A stretch of 64,000 bases of DNA from Bacteroidales bacterium (GCA_026416115.1 JAOAFU010000080.1:15899-79898); one strand, 5' to 3'. Shown: positions 19,797 to 32,050, counted from the stretch's first letter. Program-made: numbers and translations. The notes: generated by a model from the letters alone, not told the origin.

Positions 19797-20765
19797 ATGA
19801 AAAAGAAAAAAATTGTTGTGTGGGCTATTTTTGTTGTTTTATGTGCACTTTTAGCTTACAATCTCCTTACCAAACGCCATACAACATTGAGTTCGTACGA
19901 CGCCCGTTTGAGTATAAAAGATACAACTTCTATACAACAAGTATTTATTCTTCGAAATAAAGATACCCTTTCTTTTTCGCGAAAAAGTAACAAGACATGG
20001 GTAATAAACAATAATAGAACCGTTAATCCGGTCTTAATAAATTTTTGTTTTCGTATTTTTTCGCAACTTAAAATTTCATCTGTTGTTCCTCGGACGCAAT
20101 GGAATAGCATTCGCGACAGTATTTTACGTCAAGGAGTTGAAGTGGTACTAACCAACGATAATAACGAAAATGTATTGCATTTGCACATATACCCCAATAG
20201 AGAACTCCAAAAAACCTATGCGCTAAGACATGGTGCACTTGAGCCATTTTTAGTTGAGTTACCAGGTTACGAAGGCAATTTTGCTGGTGTTTTTTATCTT
20301 CCTCGAACCCAATGGTATCAGCCTCTGATTATTAATTATCTGCCTTCGCAAATAAAAGAAGTGCTTGTTGAACATGTGGAATCGGACAAAAACAGCTTTT
20401 TCCTTCGACTAAGTGAAGGTCTAAAACCACAGTTGCTCGACTCCGAAAACAATCCTCATCCATACAGCGACGAAGCAGTAAAAGCTTATCTCACTTTTTT
20501 CCGTAACATTAAAGTTGAGCATTTTATTGATAATAAAAGTATAAGCGACTCTTTGTCGAAAAAAAATCCCATATACCAACTTCGCATTGTCGACTGGAAC
20601 GACAGTGTCAATCAGCTTAATTTTTATGCTATCGTTCAGAAAGGATTAACGGATAAAAACTTTTGTTATGTATCGTTGTCCAATGGTTTAGTAGGTGTAA
20701 TACCCTATTACCGTATCGATCCAGTAATTAGAACTATCGATTTTTTTACATCTATGGGTAAGTGA
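19797..20765 (+). CDS. Hypothetical membrane-anchored protein, possibly DUF4340-like (a frequent GldG neighbour)
   Basis: N-terminal TM anchor. It starts 2 nt after the gldG stop, so it is co-transcribed. The family assignment is from memory of context only. Confidence 0.45.
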   Translation: MKKKKIVVWAIFVVLCALLAYNLLTKRHTTLSSYDARLSIKDTTSIQQVFILRNKDTLSFSRKSNKTWVINNNRTVNPVLINFCFRIFSQLKISSVVPRTQWNSIRDSILRQGVEVVLTNDNNENVLHLHIYPNRELQKTYALRHGALEPFLVELPGYEGNFAGVFYLPRTQWYQPLIINYLPSQIKEVLVEHVESDKNSFFLRLSEGLKPQLLDSENNPHPYSDEAVKAYLTFFRNIKVEHFIDNKSISDSLSKKNPIYQLRIVDWNDSVNQLNFYAIVQKGLTDKNFCYVSLSNGLVGVIPYYRIDPVIRTIDFFTSMGK

Positions 20766-20864
20766 TTTTTCAGATGTTATCGGGTACTTGTTTGTTTATA
20801 GTTGAATAGTACTATGTTGCATGATAATTTTTATTAACAGGTTTTAAAAAAAATAATTTTTTAA

Positions 20865-22424
<1,560 letters not shown>

Positions 22425-22432
22425 ACTGGTTT

Positions 22433-22675
22433 ATGATGCACCTCGAAATTATTTCGCCAGGTAAAAAAATCTTCTCAGGTAAAGTTAAAAGCGTTCTTGT
22501 ACCTGGGAAAAAAGGAGCATTCGAAATTCTCAACAATCATGCTCCTATTATTTCAACCCTTTCTTCGGGCAAAGTAAAAGTTGTCTCTCACGATGATGAA
22601 AAAACTTTTATCGACATTGCAGGAGGGGTGGTTGAGGTAGTAAACAACAACATTACCATTCTGGTCAGTGTTTAA
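22433..22675 (+). CDS. atpC: F0F1 ATP synthase subunit epsilon
   Basis: 80 aa, immediately downstream of atpD. The beta-sandwich N-terminal pattern (LEIISPGKKIFSGKV...VPGKKGAFEILNNHAPI) is present. Confidence 0.85.
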   Translation: MMHLEIISPGKKIFSGKVKSVLVPGKKGAFEILNNHAPIISTLSSGKVKVVSHDDEKTFIDIAGGVVEVVNNNITILVSV

Positions 22676-22700
22676 CGATTGATACCTATTTTGCTATATA

Positions 22701-22733
22701 GCCCACGATAGCAACATCGTGGGCTTTTTTTTT
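22701..22733 (+). terminator. Rho-independent terminator after atpC
   Basis: Perfect 9-bp stem GCCCACGAT/ATCGTGGGC with a 6-nt loop, followed by a run of 9 T. Confidence 0.85.
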
Positions 22734-22795
22734 AAATGCTTTCGTTTATAAACTTTTAATATATTTAGATTGTTAAATGTATAAAATGGCCTTTT

Positions 22796-25177
22796 ATGAA
22801 AAAATATATATTTTTTGTAGTATTATTCATAGGATTGGTTGTAAATGCCCAGAAAGGAAGGATTGAGGGTACGATTAGAGATTTAAGTACAAACGAGCCA
22901 GTGCCTTTTGCATATGTTATAATTGCTGGAACAACTACAGGTACAACTGCCGATTTAGATGGTAAGTATATTATAACAAACCTCGATCCGGGTTTCTATC
23001 AAATACAAATAAGTTCGGTAGGGTATAAAACGCTGATAACAGAGGATGTCCAAGTAGTGAGTAATAAGACTACTAATATCGATTTTAGTATAGAACCCCA
23101 GCAGTATGCTTTAGAGCAGGTAGTAGTTAAAGCCGAACGATTTGTTAGAAAGGTCGAAACACCCGTTTCGGTACGTAGTATTGGTATTGCTGAGATTGAA
23201 AATAGTGCCGGAGCCAATCGGGATATAGCCCGAATTATTCAGAATTATCCTGGTGTTGCCTCTTTTCCTGGTGCCAATCGTAACGACATTATAATACGCG
23301 GTGGAGCATCGAACGAAAATCGATATTTTGTCGATGATATTGAAATTCCTAATATTAATCATTTTGCAACTCAGGGAGCATCGGGAGGAACAAACGGAAT
23401 AATCAACTCCGACCTAATTCGTTCGGCCGAATTTTTAGCTGGTTCATTCCCAGCAAACAAATACAATGCTTTAAGTGCAGTTTTTGATTTCCGAATTATC
23501 GATGGAAATTCGGAAAAGAACCGATTTAGAACAGCTATTGGTGCTTCAGAATTTGCTTTAACAGCCGACGGCCCTATTGGCGAAAAGACAACTTATATTG
23601 CTACTGTTCGCCGATCGTATCTACAATTCTTGTTCAAGGCTCTTGGATTACCCTTTTTACCAACTTTTAATGATTATCAGTTTAAGATAAAGCACAAACT
23701 CGATAATAAAAATGAAATTACCCTTATTAGCATTGGAGCTCTCGACCAAATGCGCTTAGATACAAGCATTGAGAACCCTACCGAAGACCAGAAATACATC
23801 TTAAACTATCTTCCCGTATACAAACAATGGAGCTATGCAACAGGTGTGGCATACAAGCATTTTACCGATAATGGCAACTGGACCTTTGTAGCAAGTCGTA
23901 ACATGCTTAATAATAGGCAATACAAGTATCAAAACAATATAGAGCTTGCTTCAAATCGTATTATCGATTATGTAAGCGAAGAACATGAAAATAAATTTCG
24001 GGCCGAACGACTCATTAGGAGTGGGGACTATCGTTTTTTGTTTGGTGCTTCGTTCGAGTATGCTAAATATACCAATGAAACCTTTCAAAAGTATTTTAGA
24101 ACAGGGGTAATCGATACTTTCGAGTTTAACTCCAAGCTCGATTTTGTTAAATATGGGATGTTTGGACAGGTGAGTCGTAGTTTTTTTAACGAAAAGTTAA
24201 CCTTCTCAGTGGGAATGCGTACCGATGCAGCTTCCTATAGCAGTAAGACATCCGATTTATCCCGACAACTTTCACCACGTATAGCCGTATCGTACATGTT
24301 TTCAGATAAGTGGAGTGTTAATGGTAGCGTTGCTCGTTATTATCAATTACCTGCTTATACCATTTTAGGTTACCGCGACAATCAAAATGTACTGGTAAAT
24401 AAAAGCCGAATTACATACATTCGAAGCGATCATTATATTGTGGGCACCGCATTTCAGCCTAATAGGTCGACCCGTTTTACCTTCGAACTATTCAGGAAAG
24501 AATACACAAACTACCCATTTTCGTTAGTCGATTCCATTAGTTATGCTTTTAAGCCTATCGATTACGGGTTTGTTGGTAACGAGCCTACCAATTCTACATC
24601 CCGAGGTAGAGCCTATGGAATGGAATTCTTAGTTCAAAGCGCATTAACGCAAAATTCGAATATTGTGGTTGCTTATACGCTGGCAAAAAGCGAATTTATG
24701 GACAAAAATGGTCGATATCGCCCAACATCTTGGGATAATCGCCATATTCTAAATATAACTTTAAATAATAAATTTTCAAATTATTGGCGCACAGCTTTGA
24801 AATGGCGATTTGCAGGAGGTTTACCATATACTCCATACGATATCCAACGTTCGAGCCTAGTTTCTGCATGGGATATCCAAAACCGACCGTATTTCAATTA
24901 TAACGAAATCAATTCCCGTCGTTTCAAGGCTTTTCACCAACTCGATGTTAGGGTAGAAAAATGGTTTGTTTATCAAAAAAGTACGCTTAGAATCTATTTA
25001 GATGTGCAAAATCTCTATAACTTTAAAGCTCAGTCGTTATCGAGACTCACTAATTTAGATCAGCAAGGAAATAAGCAATTCGATCCTAATGATCCATCGA
25101 GATATTTACTGCGCGAAATTCCTTCTGATGGGCAAGGCACTGTTCTACCAACTATTGGAATAATGCTTGATTTTTAA
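22796..25177 (+). CDS. TonB-dependent outer-membrane receptor with an N-terminal carboxypeptidase-regulatory-like domain
   Basis: Signal peptide, a CarboxypepD_reg-like segment (GRIEGTIRD...DGKYIITNLDPGFYQIQISSVGY), a plug region (PVSVRSIGIAEIE...IIIRGG), a long beta-barrel, and a C-terminal F. Confidence 0.85.
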   Translation: MKKYIFFVVLFIGLVVNAQKGRIEGTIRDLSTNEPVPFAYVIIAGTTTGTTADLDGKYIITNLDPGFYQIQISSVGYKTLITEDVQVVSNKTTNIDFSIEPQQYALEQVVVKAERFVRKVETPVSVRSIGIAEIENSAGANRDIARIIQNYPGVASFPGANRNDIIIRGGASNENRYFVDDIEIPNINHFATQGASGGTNGIINSDLIRSAEFLAGSFPANKYNALSAVFDFRIIDGNSEKNRFRTAIGASEFALTADGPIGEKTTYIATVRRSYLQFLFKALGLPFLPTFNDYQFKIKHKLDNKNEITLISIGALDQMRLDTSIENPTEDQKYILNYLPVYKQWSYATGVAYKHFTDNGNWTFVASRNMLNNRQYKYQNNIELASNRIIDYVSEEHENKFRAERLIRSGDYRFLFGASFEYAKYTNETFQKYFRTGVIDTFEFNSKLDFVKYGMFGQVSRSFFNEKLTFSVGMRTDAASYSSKTSDLSRQLSPRIAVSYMFSDKWSVNGSVARYYQLPAYTILGYRDNQNVLVNKSRITYIRSDHYIVGTAFQPNRSTRFTFELFRKEYTNYPFSLVDSISYAFKPIDYGFVGNEPTNSTSRGRAYGMEFLVQSALTQNSNIVVAYTLAKSEFMDKNGRYRPTSWDNRHILNITLNNKFSNYWRTALKWRFAGGLPYTPYDIQRSSLVSAWDIQNRPYFNYNEINSRRFKAFHQLDVRVEKWFVYQKSTLRIYLDVQNLYNFKAQSLSRLTNLDQQGNKQFDPNDPSRYLLREIPSDGQGTVLPTIGIMLDF

Positions 25178-25214
25178 TTTTGACAATATCAATTTACCCT
25201 AAAACGAGAAAAAA

Positions 25215-25973
25215 ATGAGAATACAAAGAAGAAACAATATCATTTGTATCCTAAAGCAAAGAGCGGTTTTGTGTACAATTCTACTTCTCATTGGCGTTCG
25301 ATTATTAGGACAACAATCGTTTCAGCAGTATTTGTTAAATCAAGCTGGGGAAGGTCAACAATTAAAGATAACAGTCGAAAAGGGAAAAGAGTATGGACAT
25401 CCTGTAATTGCTATCTGGCTTACTACACCTGATGGAAAATATCTTCAAACATTGTATGTTTCGGAAACAGTGGGCAAGGGTGTATATCCACACGGGAAGG
25501 CTCATGAGGGTAAATGGTTACCCGGTGAAAAAAGAAATCCTGCTACTTTACCCTATTGGGCATATTCGCGAGGAGTTATTGCCCCCGATAGCCTATATTT
25601 GCCAACTTCCGACTATCCCATATTAGATGCATACACAGGAGCGACTCCTGCTGGAAGTTTTATAATACAAACTCGACTCGATACGGTTTTAACCGGCAAG
25701 GCGACTCTTTTATTTGAAATAAACAAACCTTTCGACTTTAATGATTTTTGGCACAATACCTTGTTTCCCGATAACCAAGCGTATAAAAGTTCTGGTCAAC
25801 CCAGCGTGGTTTATGCAGTTACTATAGATATGAGCAACCCCGATAATCCCTATTTTCTTAATCCCATAGGACACGGTGATCCAGCCGGTAAAAGCGGCAA
25901 ACTATATACCGATTTGAGTACGCTAACATCGGCACTTAAAATAATTTCTAAAATCAAAGTCGAAATTTTTTAG
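25215..25973 (+). CDS. Secreted protein of unknown function downstream of the TonB-dependent receptor
   Basis: Hydrophobic signal-like N-terminus (LCTILLLIGVRLLGQQ). The segment HPVIAIWLTTPDGKYLQTLYVS is faintly reminiscent of DUF2271-type periplasmic proteins, which is a weak guess. Confidence 0.4.
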   Translation: MRIQRRNNIICILKQRAVLCTILLLIGVRLLGQQSFQQYLLNQAGEGQQLKITVEKGKEYGHPVIAIWLTTPDGKYLQTLYVSETVGKGVYPHGKAHEGKWLPGEKRNPATLPYWAYSRGVIAPDSLYLPTSDYPILDAYTGATPAGSFIIQTRLDTVLTGKATLLFEINKPFDFNDFWHNTLFPDNQAYKSSGQPSVVYAVTIDMSNPDNPYFLNPIGHGDPAGKSGKLYTDLSTLTSALKIISKIKVEIF

Positions 25974-26035
25974 TGCGGCTTTTAGCTAGAGTATATAAGT
26001 TACTTTTTGCTCATCCAAATAACATTTTTTTGGAA

Positions 26036-27463
26036 TTATCGCAATACTTCTAGTCGGCTGGCATCGAGACGCAAAAAGATAAAGAGTAATAAGGTAAATG
26101 CCCATAACGATGAACCACCATAGCTGAAGAATGGAAGCGGAATACCTATTACTGGAAGAAGCCCAATGGTCATCCCTATGTTAATGGCCATATGCATAAA
26201 AAGGATAGCAGCTACACCGTATCCATAAATTCGGCTGAAGGCAGAGCGTTGTAATTCGCTTAAATGTAGAATTCTTAGAAGAAGAATAACAAAAAGCCCT
26301 AATACTATCAAAGAACCAACAAATCCCCATTCTTCGCCTACGGTGCAGAAAATAAAGTCGGTACTTTGTTCGGGGACGAAATTAAATTTTGTTTGTGTAC
26401 CTTGCAGGAATCCTTTACCGAAAAGTCCTCCCGAACCAATTGCTATCTTACTTTGAGCCACATTGTATTCTGCTCCTTTAGGGTCCGATTCTTTACCTAA
26501 TAGAATGTTTATTCGTTGTTGTTGGTGAGTTTGTAAAAAATTATCGAAAAGATAATCAACAGAATAGGTAAACCCTATTGCCAAAAAAGTAAACAAGACA
26601 ATCCAGAATAAGTAGGGTATTTTTTTAAATGCCAAATTGATAAGGGTAATAATGCCTAAAGTGATCGTTGAAATGAGCAGAAAAAGGTAAGAATTGTTTG
26701 GCAAGTGTAATATATGAGTCGCAATTAGTTTGGTTAAAAAGTAGCCAATAATTAAACCTACTATGCCTATAATTACCTCAGCAATTCGAAGTCTAAGAAT
26801 AAAAAGTGCAGCGAATGCAAGTAATAGAATTATAATAAGTACTGTTAAGGGCGAAGCTATAAGGGCAATTAAGGATAGAAATATCAAAAGAAATCCGAAC
26901 AATAGGATGATACCTGGGAAACCTTCACGATAGAAAGCAAGTGTGAAAGCTGCAAAAACAACTACCGAACCCACATCGGGTTGGAGTACAATAAGAGCTG
27001 CAGGAACAAACATTATTATACCAGCAATGACCCAGGTTTTTATTTTATCGGGACGGACATTGTATGAACTAAGGTATTTGGCCAATGCAAGGCAAGTAGC
27101 TACTTTAGCAAACTCGGTAGGTTGAAGGCGTAGTTGACCAATTTCGAACCATGCACGAGCACCGTTCACTTCTTTACCAAAAACAAGGACTAATAGTAAG
27201 CTTATAAGCGATAAGGCGTATATTACATAAGCAAAAAAAGAGTAAGCACGGGTATCGATAGAGAGTGTGACTAGGGCAATAATTAGCGCTGCACCAATCC
27301 ATAGCAACTGTTTTCCATATCTCATATTCCAATCGAATATGCTACGGTGTTCTTCGGAGTAAACGGCAGCATATATATTTAACCAACCCATCAATACCAT
27401 AATCAGATAGATAATTATGGTAAACCAGTCGACTCGTGCCCAAATATTCACATTTCTGCGCAT
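26036..27463 (-). CDS. rodA: Rod shape-determining protein RodA (SEDS family peptidoglycan polymerase)
   Basis: About 10 TM helices and the FtsW/RodA/SpoVE C-terminal motifs (PEQSTDFIF, GLLPVIGIPLPFFSYGGSS). The probable start MRRNVNIW at 27463 lies 4 nt after the mrdA stop; the track ORF extends into mrdA. Confidence 0.9.
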   Translation of the reverse strand: MRRNVNIWARVDWFTIIIYLIMVLMGWLNIYAAVYSEEHRSIFDWNMRYGKQLLWIGAALIIALVTLSIDTRAYSFFAYVIYALSLISLLLVLVFGKEVNGARAWFEIGQLRLQPTEFAKVATCLALAKYLSSYNVRPDKIKTWVIAGIIMFVPAALIVLQPDVGSVVVFAAFTLAFYREGFPGIILLFGFLLIFLSLIALIASPLTVLIIILLLAFAALFILRLRIAEVIIGIVGLIIGYFLTKLIATHILHLPNNSYLFLLISTITLGIITLINLAFKKIPYLFWIVLFTFLAIGFTYSVDYLFDNFLQTHQQQRINILLGKESDPKGAEYNVAQSKIAIGSGGLFGKGFLQGTQTKFNFVPEQSTDFIFCTVGEEWGFVGSLIVLGLFVILLLRILHLSELQRSAFSRIYGYGVAAILFMHMAINIGMTIGLLPVIGIPLPFFSYGGSSLWAFTLLLFIFLRLDASRLEVLR

Positions 27464-27467
27464 GGTA

Positions 27468-29294
27468 TTAATTTTTGGGATAGATAATTGTTTTTGTACG
27501 CAAGTATTCTTCGTACCAGGGTCGGGTAATGGTATCAGTAAGGTATTTCTCAATCATCAAACTGGCAATTGGTACAGCTATAGTGGCACCAAATCCTCCA
27601 TTTTCGATATAAACTGCAATGGCAATTTTGGGATTATTACGCGGAGCAAAAGCGATAAAAATAGAATGGTCGTCTCCATGAGGGTTTTGGGCAGTACCGG
27701 TTTTGCCACATATATCTAAACCTTTTACAGAGCCATTAAGTGCAGTACCACCACCCGGGCCATTTACTGCCCGATACATCCCTTCTACAATTATTTCGAA
27801 ATATGAGCTATCAAAGGCAGTAAATTGTTTCTGTTTAAAACGATTGTCGATGGAATCGTATCCATTTATCAACTTAACTGAATGAGGAATGTAGTAATAC
27901 CCCCGGTTCGCAATTGTTGCTGCCATATTAGCTAGTTGTAAGGGAGTTATTCCAATTTCACCTTGACCAATGGATAGCGAAATAATAGTAATAGAGTTCC
28001 ACGATTTACGGTAAATACGGTTGTAATAATCTAGACTCGGAATATTGCCTCCCAATTCATGTGGCAGGTCGGTTTGGATTTTTTTTCCTAAGCCAAAACT
28101 CATAACCAATTCTCGCCAGTGCTGATAAGCCGAAAATCGATCATTTTCTTTAGGATTGTCGATAATACGTCTAAATACATTGCAGTAATATGCATTACAT
28201 GAATACTGAATACTTCCTATCAGATCGAGCGGGGTAGGGTGAAGATGGCAACCTACGTGAACAGGTCCAGCAGTATAGCCCATTGCGCAACCAAAAGTGC
28301 TTTGAGGTGAAATGGCACCCGTTTGTAAACCTACTAGGGCGTTGAGTAACTTAAAGGTTGAGCCTGGAGGATTTTTCGATTGTAACGCCCTGTTGAAAAG
28401 GGGGTTAGAGGGGTCATCTCGAAGTTTGACGAAATTTGAAGCTCTACCTCTACCTATCAACATTTGAGGATCGTATGAGGGATTGGAGGTCAGAACCAGA
28501 ATCTCACCGGTTGATGGCTCAATGGCTACAATACCACCACGAAAGTTTTTTATCAGTTTCTCTCCGTATGCTTGGAGGTCGGCGTCGATGGTTGAGGTAA
28601 TATTTTTCCCCTGGATAGCAGGTTTGTCGAATCGACCATTTGCCAATGAGCCTTTGATGCGATTATGAACATCAACAAGGTATATCTTTACCCCTTTTAC
28701 TCCTCGCAATTCCTTTTCGTATGCTTTTTCGAGCCCACTCATACCAATGTAATCGCCCATCTGATAATAAGGGTCGTTTTTAATATGGGATGAATCGACT
28801 TCGCCTACATAACCAAGAAAGTGTGCTGCGATTTTTCTTTCGTAATGTCGTAAAGTTCTTGGTTGTACGTAGAACCCCGGAAATTTGTATAGCTGCTCCT
28901 GAAATGCGGCATAGACACTATCGGGTATTTGGTATAAAAAGGGAGAGGATTTGTATCTGGAGTAGTTTCGAGCTTTACGAATAGTTAGTCGAACATAATC
29001 TGGCGTTATACCCAGTATCGAACAAAAAGTTGAGGTATCAAAAGGCCGAAGTTCCTGCGGGTTAACCATTAAATCGTAGGCAGCCTGATTACTTACGATA
29101 AGCTTACCATGCCTGTCGTAAATTAGCCCACGAGCTGGATATAATGTTACATAGCGTTGCGAGTTATTTTCAGCAGAAAATTTGTACGATGTGTCGATTA
29201 TCTGCATAAAAAACAACCTGATGAGGTAAACAAAAACCACCAGAACAAATATTCCGGAAATAATGTAGTACCGGTTTGCATACTGATTGTTCAT
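27468..29294 (-). CDS. mrdA: Penicillin-binding protein 2 (elongasome transpeptidase)
   Basis: N-terminal TM anchor, a PBP dimerisation domain, STFK (SxxK) and KTGTAQ (KTG). It sits between mreD and rodA. Confidence 0.9.
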   Translation of the reverse strand: MNNQYANRYYIISGIFVLVVFVYLIRLFFMQIIDTSYKFSAENNSQRYVTLYPARGLIYDRHGKLIVSNQAAYDLMVNPQELRPFDTSTFCSILGITPDYVRLTIRKARNYSRYKSSPFLYQIPDSVYAAFQEQLYKFPGFYVQPRTLRHYERKIAAHFLGYVGEVDSSHIKNDPYYQMGDYIGMSGLEKAYEKELRGVKGVKIYLVDVHNRIKGSLANGRFDKPAIQGKNITSTIDADLQAYGEKLIKNFRGGIVAIEPSTGEILVLTSNPSYDPQMLIGRGRASNFVKLRDDPSNPLFNRALQSKNPPGSTFKLLNALVGLQTGAISPQSTFGCAMGYTAGPVHVGCHLHPTPLDLIGSIQYSCNAYYCNVFRRIIDNPKENDRFSAYQHWRELVMSFGLGKKIQTDLPHELGGNIPSLDYYNRIYRKSWNSITIISLSIGQGEIGITPLQLANMAATIANRGYYYIPHSVKLINGYDSIDNRFKQKQFTAFDSSYFEIIVEGMYRAVNGPGGGTALNGSVKGLDICGKTGTAQNPHGDDHSIFIAFAPRNNPKIAIAVYIENGGFGATIAVPIASLMIEKYLTDTITRPWYEEYLRTKTIIYPKN

Positions 29295-29323
29295 GGATAG
29301 CTTCTGTTATTATTTTTAGAACC

Positions 29324-29827
29324 TCACTTTCTAAAAAAGAAAAACTGACTTAGCACGATTAACAAACTTGTAAAAAGCGTACTTAAAATAGCTCTAAAGA
29401 AGGTGTGAAAAAAATCTGACCATCGAAACATTTCAATAAAAAAAAGCACAAAGTGGTGAACAAAAACCATAACCAGAGTATAACCCACAAACCATCTTAG
29501 ACCGTAATATTGAAGAGTTGGTAATGAATCAATCTCGTAATCTTCGCGAGGTGAAATCCATTTTAAAACAACAGGACGAACAAAAGCCATACAAGTGGTG
29601 GCTGCTGCATGCATACCAAGGGTATTGGAGAACAAATCGATAGTTAAACCCATGAAAAATGCTGCCAGAAGCATTGCCGTTCGAGGAATGTCAAATGGTA
29701 GAAGCAAAATAAAAATTACATAAAAATATGCGTTGATAAAATTGCTAAACTGTATATTATTAAAAATAAAAATCTGCAAGAGAACTAATAATACGAATCT
29801 TAATATGTAAGAAGGAATCCTATTCAT
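29324..29827 (-). CDS. mreD: Rod shape-determining protein MreD
   Basis: 167-aa polytopic membrane protein immediately downstream of mreC, overlapping it by 8 nt. Confidence 0.8.
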   Translation of the reverse strand: MNRIPSYILRFVLLVLLQIFIFNNIQFSNFINAYFYVIFILLLPFDIPRTAMLLAAFFMGLTIDLFSNTLGMHAAATTCMAFVRPVVLKWISPREDYEIDSLPTLQYYGLRWFVGYTLVMVFVHHFVLFFIEMFRWSDFFHTFFRAILSTLFTSLLIVLSQFFFFRK

Positions 29828-30641
29828 TGGTTACGGAATTTTCGAGTGTCGTACGCTCGTTTAATGAATTATCGGTTATGAGATAAACATAATATAGATT
29901 TTTAAAATCGGTCGTTAAACGCACATTAATACTGTAAAAAGTACCCATCGAAACAGAAAAGTCCTCGACAACACCAATCATAATACCCTCGGGAAAAATG
30001 TTTGAGTAGCCACTTGTAATGATTGTATCGCCCTTAGCTACCGGCACATGTAAGGGTATATCGTTTAATACCCCAATTCGGTAGTTATTGCCCGACCATT
30101 CAAATGAACCAAAGTAATTGTTTTTCTTGAATTTAGCACTTACCCTAAATTTTTTGTTGAGCACGGGCATGACTACTGAAAAATGTTTACTAACTGCTAT
30201 TACTACTCCCACAATACCTTGATCGCAAATAACAGCCATGTTGGGTTGTACACCTTCTTCTGTGCCTTTGTCGAGGGTAAGATAGTTGTATGGAAGGTGT
30301 ACTGAACTATTAATTACTTTTGCAACAAGAAAACGAAGATTTGTACTATCGATATTTCTCTGTTCCGATTGCTTATTAAAGGCCTTCTTGTAAAAAGCCA
30401 ATTCGTTTCTTAGGCTTTCGTTTTCAGCAACTAAGCGTTCGTTTACGGTTTTAAGTTTAAGATATTGCTTTATGCGTTCTTTTTTGAGCGATACACTTGC
30501 ATGCCATTTTTGAGCGAAATTCAGATACGAAAGTTGATGGTAATAATTGTATCTTATAACAAGAGATATTGCAATAGTTTCGAGCAGAAGAAACAATAGG
30601 AGAAATTGATACTTTATTAAAAATTGAAGTATATTTCTCAT
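29820..30641 (-). CDS. mreC: Rod shape-determining protein MreC
   Basis: N-terminal TM segment, a coiled coil (ENESLRNELAFYK) and a beta-rich C-terminal domain. It lies between mreB and mreD. Confidence 0.85.
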   Translation of the reverse strand: MRNILQFLIKYQFLLLFLLLETIAISLVIRYNYYHQLSYLNFAQKWHASVSLKKERIKQYLKLKTVNERLVAENESLRNELAFYKKAFNKQSEQRNIDSTNLRFLVAKVINSSVHLPYNYLTLDKGTEEGVQPNMAVICDQGIVGVVIAVSKHFSVVMPVLNKKFRVSAKFKKNNYFGSFEWSGNNYRIGVLNDIPLHVPVAKGDTIITSGYSNIFPEGIMIGVVEDFSVSMGTFYSINVRLTTDFKNLYYVYLITDNSLNERTTLENSVTNE

Positions 30642-30665
30642 AATTGTTTCTTACGTATTTTTCAT

Positions 30666-31688
30666 TTAACGCATGAGGAATGTAAATCGGTCGATATTTT
30701 TTAGCGCAATACCTGTACCACGGGCTACTGCATGAAGTGGGTCATCGGCTACATGAAATGGGATTTGTATTTTATCGGTAAGCCTTTTGTCGAGCCCTCT
30801 TAATAATGCTCCTCCACCGGTGAGAAAGATTCCTTTTTGAACAATATCGGCATATAATTCGGGAGGGGTTTGTTCGAGAACTGCAACAATAGCCGATTCT
30901 ATTTTTGAGATCGATTTATCGAGGCAGTGTGCTATTTCCTGATAGGAAATGGGAATTTCAATAGGCATGGCAGTCATCAAGTTAGGGCCTCGAACTATAT
31001 AATCGGCAGGTGGGTTATCTAGGTCGGGTAAGGCCGAACCTACTTTAATTTTGATTTCCTCTGCTGTACGCTCTCCAATCTTGATATTGTGTTGATGACG
31101 CATGTACGATTGAATGTCGGCAGTAAAACCATCGCCAGCAACCCGAATACTTTGATTGCAAACAATCCCACCTAGCGCTATAACAGCTATCTCGGTTGTT
31201 CCACCTCCTATATCAACCACCATACTACCTTCTGGAGCTTCAACATCTAAACCTATACCCAGGGCAGCTGCCATTGGTTCGTAAATCATATATACTTCCC
31301 GACCGTTGGCATGTTCGGCCGAGTCGCGAACAGCTCTGATTTCTACATCGGTACTCCCCGATGGGATACTTACGATCATTTTCAAAGCAGGATTGAAAAG
31401 CTGATTTTTCTTATTCACCAGCTTAATCATCCCTCTAATCATTTGTTCGGCTGCATTAAAATCGGCAATCACTCCATCTTTCAATGGCCGAATGGTTTTT
31501 ATGTTTTCATGGGTTTTTCCATGCATCTGCTGCGCTGCATGGCCAATTGCTATCAATTTACCCGTTTTGGTGTCTATGGCTACTATCGAAGGTTCGTCAA
31601 CAACTATCTTGTCGTTGTGTATGATAATGGTATTGGCCGTACCCAAATCCATTGCTATTTCCTGTGTCAGGAACGAAAATAAGCCCAT
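30666..31688 (-). CDS. mreB: Rod shape-determining protein MreB (actin homologue)
   Basis: N-terminus MGLFSFLTQEIAMDLGTANT, the DIGGGTTE phosphate-2 motif and the LTGGGALLRGLD adenosine motif. Confidence 0.97.
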   Translation of the reverse strand: MGLFSFLTQEIAMDLGTANTIIIHNDKIVVDEPSIVAIDTKTGKLIAIGHAAQQMHGKTHENIKTIRPLKDGVIADFNAAEQMIRGMIKLVNKKNQLFNPALKMIVSIPSGSTDVEIRAVRDSAEHANGREVYMIYEPMAAALGIGLDVEAPEGSMVVDIGGGTTEIAVIALGGIVCNQSIRVAGDGFTADIQSYMRHQHNIKIGERTAEEIKIKVGSALPDLDNPPADYIVRGPNLMTAMPIEIPISYQEIAHCLDKSISKIESAIVAVLEQTPPELYADIVQKGIFLTGGGALLRGLDKRLTDKIQIPFHVADDPLHAVARGTGIALKNIDRFTFLMR

Positions 31689-32019
31689 AATAGAATTGCT
31701 TTAAAATAAAAATGTTTATTTCTCGGTTGCTAAATTATAAAATTGTCAATTCATTCCTGCATAAATATAATTTTTTTTTGAACCTTTTAAATGGATTTTT
31801 ATGCTATCTAACAAAATATAAAAATCATCCTAAATTACCTTGTGAATTATCGAATTATCAGTGATGCCGAAACGTCTATAAATTTCTGTAAACCATCTCT
31901 TTTTCTCGGAGTTTTTCGATTAAGATGGACAAAATAAAATTTATTCTTCGGAATCATCAAAAAAAACGCAAGGATATTGGTATTAAAATGAATTAAGCAT
32001 TTATTGCTTAAAATTGGAA

Positions 32020-32027
32020 TATATTTG
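32020..32027 (+). promoter_or_regulatory. Bacteroidota -7 promoter box TATATTTG upstream of panC
   Basis: Exact TAnnTTTG match ending 23 nt before the ATG at 32051. Confidence 0.35.
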
Positions 32028-32050
32028 CAATATTTTTAATTCGTAAGTAG

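Noticed and set aside
27464-27553. N-terminal extension of rodA overlapping the mrdA 3' end
   Set aside because: The internal ATG at 27463 gives the usual RodA start just before TM1, and it sits 4 nt after the mrdA stop. The extension has no hydrophobic or conserved character.
31311-31704. Two plus-strand ORFs (123 aa and 70 aa) overlapping mreB
   Set aside because: They are antisense to a highly conserved mreB. They have no motifs and are composition-driven.
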